Shown: one piece after another, positions 18,186 through 27,626 of the stretch | How positions within the stretch are numbered: position 1 is the stretch's first letter | Layout of the letters: every line of letters begins with the position of its first letter | Assembly: GCA_902797265.1 (NCBI GenBank) | Contig: CADBSF010000060.1 | Coordinates: 1 to 50,622, forward strand | DNA length: 50,622 bases | Reading direction: 5' to 3' | Source: an uncultured Erysipelotrichaceae bacterium | Lineage (GTDB): Bacteria; Bacillota_I; Bacilli_A; RF39; UBA660 | Translations under genes and position numbers: made by a program | Notes under the pieces: generated by a model | The model's input: the letters and a program-made list of their open reading frames with translations, nothing else | The model's database searches: none | Told to the model about the DNA's origin: nothing

Positions 18186-20168
18186 TTAGTCCATAGAATC
18201 TAATTCTTTTAATAATTCAGCTTTACTCATTTTAGAATAGTTTTTAACACCCTTTTCTTTAGCAAGTTCTTTCAATCTAGTAATTGATAAAGATTCTAAG
18301 TTTTCATCATTCTCTTCAGGCATCTTACCATTTTCTACTAAATAATCAATTTGTTCTTTTGTTAATGTTTCATATTCTAATAATGTCTCAGCAATTAATT
18401 TTAATAAATCTTTATTTTTCTTAATAATATCAGTTGCTTCTTTATGACAATTATTAATAATTTTTCTCATTTCCATATCAATTTCATTCGCAACTTCATT
18501 AGAAAAATGTTGAGGTTTATTATAATCTCTTCCTAAGAAAACACTTCCTGATTGTTGTTCAAATTGTAATGGTCCTAAATCACTCATACCATATTCACAA
18601 ACCATTGCTCTAGCAATCTTTGTAGCTTTTTCAAAGTCATTATGAGCACCTGTAGTTATCTCACCAAAAGTAATCTCTTCAGCTGTTCTTCCTCCAAGTA
18701 AACCTGTTATTTCTTCTAATAAATCAGTCTTAGTTGAACATAACTTTTCTTCACTAGGAACCATCATATTATATCCACCAGCAGAACCTCTTGGAATAAT
18801 CGTAACTTTTTGAACATCACTAGCACTTCTAAGTTTTAATCCAATAACAGCATGTCCAGCTTCATGATAAGCAACTAATTTTCTATCATTTTCTGTATAT
18901 TTATGACTAACTTTAGCAGGTCCCATTAATACTCTATCGGTTGCCTCATCAATTTCACTCATAGTAATTTCATTTTTATTTCTTCTAACAGCAAGTAATG
19001 CAGCTTCATTTAATAAATTCTCTAAGTCAGCTCCACTAAATCCTGGAGTACGTTTAGCTAAATTCTTTAAAGTAATTCCTTCTGCTAAAATCTTGTTTTT
19101 AGCATGAACAGCTAATATTTCTTCTCTTCCTTTAACATCTGGTAAATTAACTGTAACTTGTCTATCAAATCTTCCCGGACGAAGTAAAGCAGGATCAAGT
19201 ACATCTGGTCTATTTGTTGCGGCTATAATAATGATACCTTCATTTGCTCCAAATCCATCCATTTCTGTTAATAATTGGTTTAGAGTTTGCTCTCTTTCAT
19301 CATGTCCTCCACCTAAACCAGTTCCTCTTTGACGACCAACAGCATCAATCTCATCAATGAAAATTAAACAAGGAGCATTTCTTTTTGCTTGTTGAAACAT
19401 ATCACGTACACGACTAGCTCCAACACCAACAAATAACTCTACAAAGTCAGATCCACTAATAAAATAGAAAGGAACATGTGCTTCTCCAGCAACAGCTTTT
19501 GCTAATAAAGTTTTACCAGTTCCTGGAGGCCCAAATAATAAAACACCCTTTGGAATTCTAGCACCTAATTTTTGGAATTTTTTAGGAGCTTTTAAGAAAT
19601 CAATTAATTCCTTTACTTCTTCTTTTTCTTCTTTTAATCCAGCAACATCTTTAAAAGTAACTTGATTATCATCACTATTTAAACGAGCTCTACTTTTTCC
19701 AAAATCCATGGAACTTCTATTACCAGCCATTTGCTTATTAAAAAACCAAAAAGCAATTCCTACAAATATTAAGATTGGTAATACATTAACAATAATTAAG
19801 ATAAGTGATGAAGAATCAGGATCTGGATGAACTGTTAATTTAAATTCTTGTTCATCACTAGCAGTAACAATTTTCTTCATTACTTCTTCACTTAAAGGTA
19901 AAACAGATTCAAAACTCTCATTGTCTTTATATCCAGATAAAGATCCAGAAACATCATAAATATAACCACTACCCTTAGCAGTAATAACTAATTCAGTTAC
20001 TTTCCCTTTATCTAATTTTTCAATAAATTCATCATAACTTAATTCATGAACATCTTTATTCAAAACATTAAAAGCATAAAACAAACCTAAAATAATAATA
20101 AACAAAAATAAGTAAGGTAATAGTCCTTTTTTTAATATCTTTTTGTCAATTTGTTTTTCCACAAACAT
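18186..20168 (-). CDS. ftsH: ATP-dependent zinc metalloprotease FtsH (with an extra C-terminal Rho_N/HeH-like motif)
   Basis: 660 aa. Two N-terminal TMs, Walker [22 protein letters not shown], and zinc site HEAGHAV. Last ~35 aa read [30 protein letters not shown]. Confidence 0.97.
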   Translation of the reverse strand: MFVEKQIDKKILKKGLLPYLFLFIIILGLFYAFNVLNKDVHELSYDEFIEKLDKGKVTELVITAKGSGYIYDVSGSLSGYKDNESFESVLPLSEEVMKKIVTASDEQEFKLTVHPDPDSSSLILIIVNVLPILIFVGIAFWFFNKQMAGNRSSMDFGKSRARLNSDDNQVTFKDVAGLKEEKEEVKELIDFLKAPKKFQKLGARIPKGVLLFGPPGTGKTLLAKAVAGEAHVPFYFISGSDFVELFVGVGASRVRDMFQQAKRNAPCLIFIDEIDAVGRQRGTGLGGGHDEREQTLNQLLTEMDGFGANEGIIIIAATNRPDVLDPALLRPGRFDRQVTVNLPDVKGREEILAVHAKNKILAEGITLKNLAKRTPGFSGADLENLLNEAALLAVRRNKNEITMSEIDEATDRVLMGPAKVSHKYTENDRKLVAYHEAGHAVIGLKLRSASDVQKVTIIPRGSAGGYNMMVPSEEKLCSTKTDLLEEITGLLGGRTAEEITFGEITTGAHNDFEKATKIARAMVCEYGMSDLGPLQFEQQSGSVFLGRDYNKPQHFSNEVANEIDMEMRKIINNCHKEATDIIKKNKDLLKLIAETLLEYETLTKEQIDYLVENGKMPEENDENLESLSITRLKELAKEKGVKNYSKMSKAELLKELDSMD

Positions 20169-20174
20169 TCCTCC

Positions 20175-21488
20175 CTAACTGTATTTCAATATTATATCAT
20201 AACTTTCATTTTTTTTCTTGTCAAATTTTGATTTTTTAATTCCAGGGATCCATACCACTCTTCCCATAGAATCTAAAACAATTGGCCATATATCTCTATC
20301 AGATAATGGTATCTTCTTATCGATAAAAATATCCTTAACCTTTTTCGTCCCATTCAAACCTTTCACTTCCATTCGATCCCCTATTTTTCTAGATCGAATA
20401 ATTAAAGGTAAATGAACTTCATTACTATTTAAACGACAGATATTATTACTATTATCACTAATATCAGAAATAACTTCAATAGAATGATGATTTGGTAATA
20501 TAGCTAACTGATCAAATTCAATCTCATAACTAGCAATTGCATCTACCTCTTTTACAAGTTCAAAAGTATTATAATTCTTCTTACCTATTACTTCATTTGG
20601 TAAATTAACAAAACAATTAGCTTTTTTATTATTTAAAATAGATAGAATTAAATCGATATGACGATCATTTAGTAATATTAAATCATCTTGATAATATTGA
20701 TTTAAATAATAATATAAGATTTCTTTTTGAATATAAGAATCTTCTTCTAAAAATTCCTTTATTAATATCTTATGATTGAATACCACTCTTTTGATAGCTT
20801 TATCTACAAATGATTGAATAAATTGATTGGCTTCTATTAATGATCTACTATATTTTAAAAATTTTAAATGAACATCATTATCTTCTTTTTTTAAATAAGG
20901 TAAAATATATTTACGATAACGATTTCTCGTATATTTATCACTAGTATTAGAAGAATCTATATAATAAGGAACATGATTCTCTATATCATATTGTTCTAAT
21001 TCTTTTTTTGTATAAGAAATTAAAGGTCTTACTAAAGTATATCCCTCTAAAGGAACAACTTCTTTAAATCCACTATATCCAATCAAATTAGAACCTCTTA
21101 CTAATCTCATCAAAATAGTCTCCATCAAATCATCACCATGATGAGCAGTCATTAAATAATTTGCTTGATATTTATGAACAACGGAATCAAAGAAATCATA
21201 ACGTATATTTCTTGCTTCATTATGAAAATTATCATCTCCATACTCATCAATAATCATAGTCTCATATAACAATTCATTTTCTTCACAATATTTTTTTAAA
21301 AATTCTTGTTCTATAAAACTCTCTCTACGTACATTATGATTCACATGTGCAATAATAATCATCAAATGATATTTATTTTTTATTTTTAACAAACAATCTA
21401 CTAATGCCATAGAATCAGGTCCCGTAGAACAACCAACTACTATTTTATCAGATTGATGAAAGCAAAATTTATCTTCTAAATTAATCAT
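20175..21488 (-). CDS. tilS: tRNA(Ile)-lysidine synthase
   Basis: 437 aa. PP-loop VGCSTGPDSMAL, HVNHNVR, and TAHHGDDLMETILMRL. Directly upstream of ftsH. Confidence 0.92.
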   Translation of the reverse strand: MINLEDKFCFHQSDKIVVGCSTGPDSMALVDCLLKIKNKYHLMIIIAHVNHNVRRESFIEQEFLKKYCEENELLYETMIIDEYGDDNFHNEARNIRYDFFDSVVHKYQANYLMTAHHGDDLMETILMRLVRGSNLIGYSGFKEVVPLEGYTLVRPLISYTKKELEQYDIENHVPYYIDSSNTSDKYTRNRYRKYILPYLKKEDNDVHLKFLKYSRSLIEANQFIQSFVDKAIKRVVFNHKILIKEFLEEDSYIQKEILYYYLNQYYQDDLILLNDRHIDLILSILNNKKANCFVNLPNEVIGKKNYNTFELVKEVDAIASYEIEFDQLAILPNHHSIEVISDISDNSNNICRLNSNEVHLPLIIRSRKIGDRMEVKGLNGTKKVKDIFIDKKIPLSDRDIWPIVLDSMGRVVWIPGIKKSKFDKKKNESYDIILKYS

Positions 21489-21549
21489 TATTTCCTCCGT
21501 TCAATCAAGTCTTATTATATCATAATAAAAAAAAAAGAAAAGTAGTTTT

Positions 21550-21843
21550 TTATTCTTCTGGTATTTGTAAAATAATTTCACCATCTTTAGAATATAAATA
21601 CTTTTCTCTTGCATATCTAGCTATATAATCTGGATTTTGTAATTTATTTGCATCTACTTTTAATTCTTCTTCTTTTTCTTGCAAAGAAACCAATTCATTT
21701 TCTAAGTCTTTCTTCTCTCGATATTTATCAAATATCTCAATCCAATATTTACCCATAGTGAATGTCATAATAACAATAACAGCAATAGAACCAAAGCCTA
21801 AAAGAAAAATTCTACGTTTTTTTACTTTACTTACTTTTCTCAT
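21550..21843 (-). CDS. divIC: septum formation initiator (DivIC/FtsB family)
   Basis: Trimmed to the ATG at 21841-21843, behind GGAGG. One TM then a coiled coil, ending NPDYIARYAREKYLYSKDGE. Follows yabP-yabQ as in Bacillus. Confidence 0.8.
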   Translation of the reverse strand: MRKVSKVKKRRIFLLGFGSIAVIVIMTFTMGKYWIEIFDKYREKKDLENELVSLQEKEEELKVDANKLQNPDYIARYAREKYLYSKDGEIILQIPEE

Positions 21844-21925
21844 AACATTCACCTCCATTACACTATATATTATACAATTAAATGACAATTATAAGACGTC
21901 AAGATAAATATAATTTACAAACAAT

Positions 21926-22195
21926 TTACAATTTTTCTTTAAAAACATGATAACAAATTAAAAAGCCGAAAATTATCAATAAAAAGAAATAATAATGTAA
22001 AATTCCTTGATTTATAATTAGCAATAGAAAAAAATAGAGAAAAGATAAAAAAATCATGGATAGAAAAGAAATGACACAACGAACTGCAAGAATTTTTTTT
22101 AATGGAATTCGATGAAATAAATAAAAAAATGCAAATAGAAAAACTCCATATAAAAAAGAGAAAAACATACTATATAATTGAACTTTTAAACTCAT
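21926..22195 (-). CDS. yabQ: spore cortex biosynthesis protein YabQ-like small membrane protein
   Basis: 89 aa with three hydrophobic spans. Its start overlaps the yabP stop. Called mainly from the position between yabP and divIC. Confidence 0.6.
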   Translation of the reverse strand: MSLKVQLYSMFFSFLYGVFLFAFFYLFHRIPLKKILAVRCVISFLSMIFLSFLYFFLLLIINQGILHYYFFLLIIFGFLICYHVFKEKL

Positions 22196-22488
22196 TATTT
22201 AAATAATCGATTAAAGATATTTTCTTCTTTATTCTTCTTATTACTTTCCATTAGATACTGAATAGATTGAATACTCCCTTTTATCGTAACATTTCCAGAT
22301 AGAGTATCTAGTTTAATTAACTCTAAATTTTCCCCTTTAACAACCATATAACCCATAGAAGTATCTAATAAAAAATGATTATTATCAAAATTATCAATTT
22401 TTTTAACACCAGTAATTACCAATGTTTTTCTCTCTAATAAATTAATACTATGATTATAACTATTAATAGAACTATTATCTTTATCCAT
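22195..22488 (-). CDS. yabP: sporulation protein YabP
   Basis: 97 aa. LLERKTLVITGVKKIDNFDNNHFLLDTSMGYMVVKGENLELIKLDTLSGNVTIKG matches the YabP repeat-beta pattern (RKxLxxTGVxxVxSFD...G.L.IKGENL). Confidence 0.8.
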   Translation of the reverse strand: MDKDNSSINSYNHSINLLERKTLVITGVKKIDNFDNNHFLLDTSMGYMVVKGENLELIKLDTLSGNVTIKGSIQSIQYLMESNKKNKEENIFNRLFK

Positions 22489-22535
22489 ACATATCCTCCT
22501 ATTAAAATAGATGCTTAAAAGAAAAAAATATGAAT

Positions 22536-22563
22536 AAAAAAAAGATATCTTCTTGATATCTTT
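22536..22563 (-). terminator. rho-independent terminator of spoVG
   Basis: 9-bp stem AAAGAUAUC/GAUAUCUUU with a 5-nt loop and a U-run, 8 nt after the spoVG stop. Confidence 0.65.
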
Positions 22564-22570
22564 ATATTAA

Positions 22571-22849
22571 CTATTCTTCTTCAGTAGATACATCTTCAGC
22601 TTTATCATAAGCTTCTAAAATTGCATCTTCAAACATAGAACGTACTTCTGGATTAATTGGATGAGCAATATCTCTATATCCTCCTGTTGTTGTCTTACGA
22701 CTTGGCATAGCAATAAATAGTCCGTTGTCTCCTTCAATAATTCTAATATCATGTACTGCAAAACTGTCATCTAATAATACAGATGCAATCCCCTTCATAC
22801 GAGAACCTTCCTTTTCAATTTTACGTACATTTACTGATGTAATCTTCAT
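22571..22849 (-). CDS. spoVG: septation/regulatory protein SpoVG
   Basis: 92 aa. [52 protein letters not shown] is highly conserved in SpoVG. Confidence 0.95.
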   Translation of the reverse strand: MKITSVNVRKIEKEGSRMKGIASVLLDDSFAVHDIRIIEGDNGLFIAMPSRKTTTGGYRDIAHPINPEVRSMFEDAILEAYDKAEDVSTEEE

Positions 22850-22916
22850 AAGATTTTCCTCCCTCTTAAAGTATAATAACTTTATAAGACTATTCTATAA
22901 TAATATTTTATAAAAA

Positions 22917-23129
22917 TCAATACAATATTTTGATATTCTTTACAATAAAGTCATTATAAGAAAAACACAGTATCTTACCATTCTCTAATTCAATAATAAA
23001 AACAGAAGGAAAGGTTTTTGTAATACATCCTTCAAACTTCTCATTTTGATTTCTAATTCCTCTATATAAAAATAAATGTTCTTCTCCTACAATTGATTGA
23101 ATATATTTCTTAATTTGTGATAAATTCAT
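22917..23129 (-). CDS. veg: Veg family protein
   Basis: 70 aa. TFPSVFIIEL and CFSYNDFI correspond to B. subtilis Veg TYPSVFVIQL and SYSYADIL. yabG-veg adjacency is conserved. Confidence 0.8.
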   Translation of the reverse strand: MNLSQIKKYIQSIVGEEHLFLYRGIRNQNEKFEGCITKTFPSVFIIELENGKILCFSYNDFIVKNIKILY

Positions 23130-23908
23130 CTAGGATAACCCACATACATCGTCCCATTAGTAATAATTCCACCCATCCCAGCACTACCATATTTCGTTTT
23201 TTCAATCAATTTAATAACATCGATACTTTTATTTTTAGAAGAAAAAGCAATCGAAGCAGCAATAATAGCTGGATCTAAAGCATGAATATTAATTCGTTTC
23301 GGACTAGAAGCAAAATTTGCTCCTGCTCGAATTAATTCTTCATAATTAGACTGACAAGCTCCTGCTATAATAATTAACTTATCTTGATTTTTTTCTATTT
23401 TTCTAGCTTCTTTAATAGCAGAAATAAAGTTAATAGTATTCTCATAATTAGCCAGATCATTTTTATCTTCTCTTTTAGATAAATAAGCATCATGTCCCGT
23501 TATTACAATAATATCCGGTCTATATTCATGAATTAAATCAACAATCTTAGAAGAAATAATTCCCTCTTTTAAAGAAATCCCATTAGCGTGAATTCCCATA
23601 TTTTCATAAAATTTCATACATCGATTCAAATAATCATCATCCCCATCGATATGTAATATCTTCCCAGGTATATAGAAATAATGATCTCTATCAATATCTA
23701 AATCCTTCATATTTCTCTCAATGACATCTTTATCATCTTCTAAAGAAATATCATTAACAATCATTAAATCATCTAAATTAGAGTCAGCACACAATCTAAC
23801 ATTAACTCCTTGTAAAAAAACATTATTATCATTAATACCTATAATTTTAAAAACAATATCATGTTTATGAGAAATCCTAGTAACATAATCACCTATCTTA
23901 AAATTCAA
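23126..23908 (-). CDS. yabG: sporulation-specific peptidase YabG
   Basis: 260 aa. N-terminal GDYVTR...F.I, central ILHIDGDDDYL, RPDIIVITGHDA, and GACQS are typical of YabG. Follows rsmA. Confidence 0.8.
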   Translation of the reverse strand: MNFKIGDYVTRISHKHDIVFKIIGINDNNVFLQGVNVRLCADSNLDDLMIVNDISLEDDKDVIERNMKDLDIDRDHYFYIPGKILHIDGDDDYLNRCMKFYENMGIHANGISLKEGIISSKIVDLIHEYRPDIIVITGHDAYLSKREDKNDLANYENTINFISAIKEARKIEKNQDKLIIIAGACQSNYEELIRAGANFASSPKRINIHALDPAIIAASIAFSSKNKSIDVIKLIEKTKYGSAGMGGIITNGTMYVGYPR

Positions 23909-23959
23909 ACAATCAACCTCCTGTTTAATAATATGACCAAAAAAAAGAAATAGAAGTAT

Positions 23960-24760
23960 CTATTTCCATAAAGCATTAGCAAGTTCTACGAATACATCAA
24001 CATCTAGCATTTCTGCTCTTACATTTAAATCAAATCCAAATTCGTTTAAAACGTTTTCTACTATTTTTAAATCATATTGTTTTAAATTATTACGAATTGT
24101 TTTTCTTTTAAATTGAAAACTATCTCTAACTAATTTTTCAAAAAAATCAATATTATGAACTTTCTTTCTATCTTCTCGATAAGAGAAAGAAACAACTACA
24201 CTATCAACATTAGGTTCAGGTACAAATTGTTTTCTGGAAACATAAAATTCTTTTTTAATATTGAAATAATAATTTAATAAAACTGTAATAGAACCATATT
24301 CTCTATTTCCTGGTTCAGAAGAAAAACGATTTCCAACTTCTCTTTGAACCATCAATACAATTTTTTGAAAAGGTAATTTAGAATGAATTAATTTCATAAT
24401 AATTGGTGTCGTTATATAATAAGGAACATTACTTATAAAGAATAATTTATCATAAGAATAATTACTAATATCTTGATTAATATCAGATAATAAGAAATCT
24501 TGAAATAATATATCAATATTAGAAAATCCATTTAATCGTTTATATAATTCATCTTCTAAATTAGAATCAATCTCATAAGCAAGAACATTCCCAGATAATA
24601 AAGCAAGTTCCCTAGTCATAATACCTCCACCAGGACCTACTTCAATAACTAAAGATTGACTCGTAATATCACAAGTATTCACAATTCTTTTTACGATAGA
24701 AAAATCTTTTAAAAAGTTTTGACCAAATTTTTTCTTAAATTGAACATCATATTTTTCCAT
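23960..24760 (-). CDS. rsmA: 16S rRNA (adenine1518/1519-N6)-dimethyltransferase
   Basis: KKKFGQNFL, VIEVGPGGGIMT, and SNVPYYITTPI motifs. Start set at the ATG at 24758-24760 (the track start is TTG). Confidence 0.95.
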   Translation of the reverse strand: MEKYDVQFKKKFGQNFLKDFSIVKRIVNTCDITSQSLVIEVGPGGGIMTRELALLSGNVLAYEIDSNLEDELYKRLNGFSNIDILFQDFLLSDINQDISNYSYDKLFFISNVPYYITTPIIMKLIHSKLPFQKIVLMVQREVGNRFSSEPGNREYGSITVLLNYYFNIKKEFYVSRKQFVPEPNVDSVVVSFSYREDRKKVHNIDFFEKLVRDSFQFKRKTIRNNLKQYDLKIVENVLNEFGFDLNVRAEMLDVDVFVELANALWK

Positions 24761-24828
24761 AAACTTCACCAATCGATATTATTATAAAACACAGAAAAAA
24801 AAAATAAAAGAAAAAATATTTCTTTTAT

Positions 24829-25413
24829 CTATAATTGCTTTTTCTGAAAAAAATGATAAGTAAAAAATCCAATGAGTAAAGTAATAGTAATAATTATAAT
24901 TCCAATGGAATTAGAAAAGAATGAAATCAAATATCCAATTTTAGGAATTTTAAATAATACTCTACCATAAATAGATTTTGTTGTAACTTTTGAAGAATCA
25001 ATTTGATTATTTCCATCTCCTTTAGTTGTATAGATGGATTCTTTTTCCGTAAAAGATTGTTTATCAACAATTCTATGAGTAATCATAAGTCCTTTATAAT
25101 TATCATCTATCGAAGAAAAGGTAATAATATCTCCTACTTTATAATTATCATGATCAATTCTTTTAACAACAATGGCGTCATTAACATTAATAGTTGGAAC
25201 CATACTAGGAGATACAATCATATAAGTACTATAAAGAGGTGGTGTATTAGAACTTCCCGAATGAATAAACATATCAAATAAATAATACATTAAAAACATA
25301 GTAATTATAATGACAAAGAAAAGAATAGAAATCAAGAAAGAACGAGTTATAAATAAAAGTATATAACGAAAAGGACGATTCATCGTAAATGATTTATCAA
25401 GTGCTTTATCCAT
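24829..25413 (-). CDS. sipW: SipW-type (S26B, ER/archaeal-type) signal peptidase I
   Basis: Trimmed to the ATG at 25411-25413, behind AGGAGG. N- and C-terminal TMs. SPSMVPT (catalytic Ser box), GDIITF, ITHRIV (His box), TKGDGNN and IPKIGY parallel B. subtilis SipW. Confidence 0.8.
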   Translation of the reverse strand: MDKALDKSFTMNRPFRYILLFITRSFLISILFFVIIITMFLMYYLFDMFIHSGSSNTPPLYSTYMIVSPSMVPTINVNDAIVVKRIDHDNYKVGDIITFSSIDDNYKGLMITHRIVDKQSFTEKESIYTTKGDGNNQIDSSKVTTKSIYGRVLFKIPKIGYLISFFSNSIGIIIITITLLIGFFTYHFFQKKQL

Positions 25414-25554
25414 TACTTTTCCTCCTATTCCATAAAATAAAAAGATACTGTTTATTATAAAAGATATGAATATAAAAAGCAAATAATATTATAATAAACA
25501 AAGAAGTCTTATAAATAATTATAATACGAAATAAGAAAAATAAAGCAAAAGTCG

Positions 25555-25590
25555 AAAAAAAAAGAATTGATTTTACATACATCAATTCTT
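25555..25590 (-). terminator. rho-independent terminator after the second TasA-like gene
   Basis: 10-bp stem AAGAAUUGAU/AUCAAUUCUU with a 9-nt loop and U7. The stem overlaps the stop codon at 25589-25591. Confidence 0.65.
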
Positions 25591-26188
25591 AAGATGCTAC
25601 AGCATTTACTTCTAAATTAACTTTATAATTACCAGAACTTTGTTTACTAGTATCTGATAACCATATTTTTAATCGATAATTATCTGTTGTTTTCTTAGTT
25701 TTTTTAACATGTAATAATACCATATCTCCAGCTTTAGACCCAAACTCAGTCTTTTCTTTTAAAGGAACAAATCCAGTAGGTCCAACTACTTGAACGTATT
25801 GATTATTTTTTTCCTGTTCCAAATAAATCTTAATATCTTCATCACTAACATTAAAATTACTGGAATCTTTTGCTAAAGAGATTTCATATTCAATAGAAGC
25901 AGCTTCTTCTAATAAAGAATCTACTGAAAAATCTAATGTATTACTATTAGAATCAATAGCGTAAGAATCATGAGTAGGAACTAAATTGGAAACTTCTAAT
26001 CCTGGAAAATAATTAAAGTAATTTAGAACAACTTTCCCACCAGTAACTTTCTTTTCTACTACTTTTCCTTTTCTATTTATAAAAGAAACGAAAGAAAATA
26101 ATACAAAAATTAATAAGGCAATACAAATACCAATAATAATAAATCCAAATTTTGTGTTTGATTCATTAACATCAACTTTATTTTCCAT
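25589..26188 (-). CDS. membrane-anchored/secreted beta-rich protein, paralog B (TasA/CalY-like candidate)
   Basis: 199 aa. N-terminal TM, then LEVSNLVPTHD...LDFSVDS...IEYEISL...NYRLKIWLSDT...YKVNLEVNA. Shares these blocks with the upstream paralog. Block order resembles TasA/camelysin (NLKPGD...F.F.N.G...YLWVQF...L.W.F.A.Q). Confidence 0.4.
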   Translation of the reverse strand: MENKVDVNESNTKFGFIIIGICIALLIFVLFSFVSFINRKGKVVEKKVTGGKVVLNYFNYFPGLEVSNLVPTHDSYAIDSNSNTLDFSVDSLLEEAASIEYEISLAKDSSNFNVSDEDIKIYLEQEKNNQYVQVVGPTGFVPLKEKTEFGSKAGDMVLLHVKKTKKTTDNYRLKIWLSDTSKQSSGNYKVNLEVNAVAS

Positions 26189-26789
26189 AAGAATTTCCCT
26201 TTTGATGAACTTCTACACTAACAGAAAAATCTTCTAATTGATTAGAAATCGTATAACTATCAGATAACCACATTCTTAAACGATAATTATTTTTTGACTT
26301 AGCATAGATATTTCCTGAATATAAAATTCTACTCTTTGGTCTTTTAACTAGAGTTTTTAAATCATGAAAAGTAGGAATTTCACTTCCAGCAAACTTTTTA
26401 AAAGGAACATCATCAAAATCAGTTAAATAAAATTTAATATAGTTCTCTTTAATTGATTCATTCATAGTAGTTTGAGGATTTAATAGTATTTCAAAAGAAA
26501 CATCTTTATTTAAAGTATTTTCAATTTCAAAATCTAATATTTGTTGAACTCCATTTTTTACTTCTTTCTCAGTCATTTCTTTTCCTAAAACATCTGATAA
26601 AGGTAAAACATTCGAAATAGTTAAAACATCACTAGAATGAAAGCTAACTTTTAAATCATTATTGTATGCTTTATTCATATTTTTATCATTTTTATTTAAA
26701 TAAAATAAACATAAACAAATAAAACAAATAAGTAGAAATAAACCAATATAAAATACAGCAAATAATTGCTTACGATAAGTCTTTAACAT
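26178..26789 (-). CDS. membrane-anchored/secreted beta-rich protein, paralog A (TasA/CalY-like candidate)
   Basis: Start set at the ATG at 26787-26789 (GGAGGtatct-ATG; the track start is TTG). TM, then LTISNVLPLSD...LDFEIENT...VSFEILL...NYRLRMWLSDS...FSVSVEVHQ. Overlaps paralog B by 11 nt. Confidence 0.4.
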   Translation of the reverse strand: MLKTYRKQLFAVFYIGLFLLICFICLCLFYLNKNDKNMNKAYNNDLKVSFHSSDVLTISNVLPLSDVLGKEMTEKEVKNGVQQILDFEIENTLNKDVSFEILLNPQTTMNESIKENYIKFYLTDFDDVPFKKFAGSEIPTFHDLKTLVKRPKSRILYSGNIYAKSKNNYRLRMWLSDSYTISNQLEDFSVSVEVHQKGNSYGK

Positions 26790-26825
26790 AGATACCTCCA
26801 ACCCACTTATTATATAAATAAGATA

Positions 26826-27590
26826 TCATAAAAACGAATGAAAGTCAAACAACTGATTCGTATTAAAAAGTGTTTTTTGAGATACCATTTCTTCTGAAAC
26901 ATTTAATATTTCAGCAATTTTCCTAGCAATAATTGGAATGTATTTGGAAGAATTGATTTGTCCTCGATACGGAGTAGGAGCTAAATAAGGAGCATCTGTT
27001 TCTAAAAGAATAGAATCTAATCCAATTTCTTCTATTACATGAACCAAATTAGTATTTTTAAAAGTAACAACTCCTCCAATACCTAGGTAGTAACCCATAG
27101 CAATATATTCTTTCGCAGTCTCAACACTTCCACTAAAACAATGAATATCTCCAATCACATTAGGAAATTGTTTTAAAATAGAAATCGTATCAAAAGTAGC
27201 ATCTCTACTATGAATAACAACAGGTAAATGATATTTTTCAGCTAACTTCATTTGATAGATAAATAAATTTTTCTGTTTATCGATATCTTCTTTTCCATAA
27301 TGATAATCTAATCCAATTTCTCCAATTCCAACAACTTTATCAAATTGAATTTGCTTTTCTAATAATTGTAAATCCTCATCACTAACAATATTAGCTTCAC
27401 TAGGATGATATCCAATTGTAACAAATATGTCATTATATTTTTTACTGAATTCTAAAGATTCAACAATAGTATCTTTAGTACAACCAGAAATAATAATTTT
27501 ATCTATCTGATTATTTCTATTTTCTTGAATAACTTTCTCTATATCATCATAATCTTCTATCGATAAATGACAATGAGTATCAATATACAT
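26826..27590 (-). CDS. tatD: TatD-family metal-dependent DNase/hydrolase
   Basis: 254 aa. MYIDTHCHL, GEIGLDYHY, VVIHSRDA, and ETDAPYLAP motifs. Follows metG as yabD does. Confidence 0.92.
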   Translation of the reverse strand: MYIDTHCHLSIEDYDDIEKVIQENRNNQIDKIIISGCTKDTIVESLEFSKKYNDIFVTIGYHPSEANIVSDEDLQLLEKQIQFDKVVGIGEIGLDYHYGKEDIDKQKNLFIYQMKLAEKYHLPVVIHSRDATFDTISILKQFPNVIGDIHCFSGSVETAKEYIAMGYYLGIGGVVTFKNTNLVHVIEEIGLDSILLETDAPYLAPTPYRGQINSSKYIPIIARKIAEILNVSEEMVSQKTLFNTNQLFDFHSFL

Positions 27591-27626
27591 AATATACCTC
27601 CAAAAAAAGTAGATACTTAGATCTAC

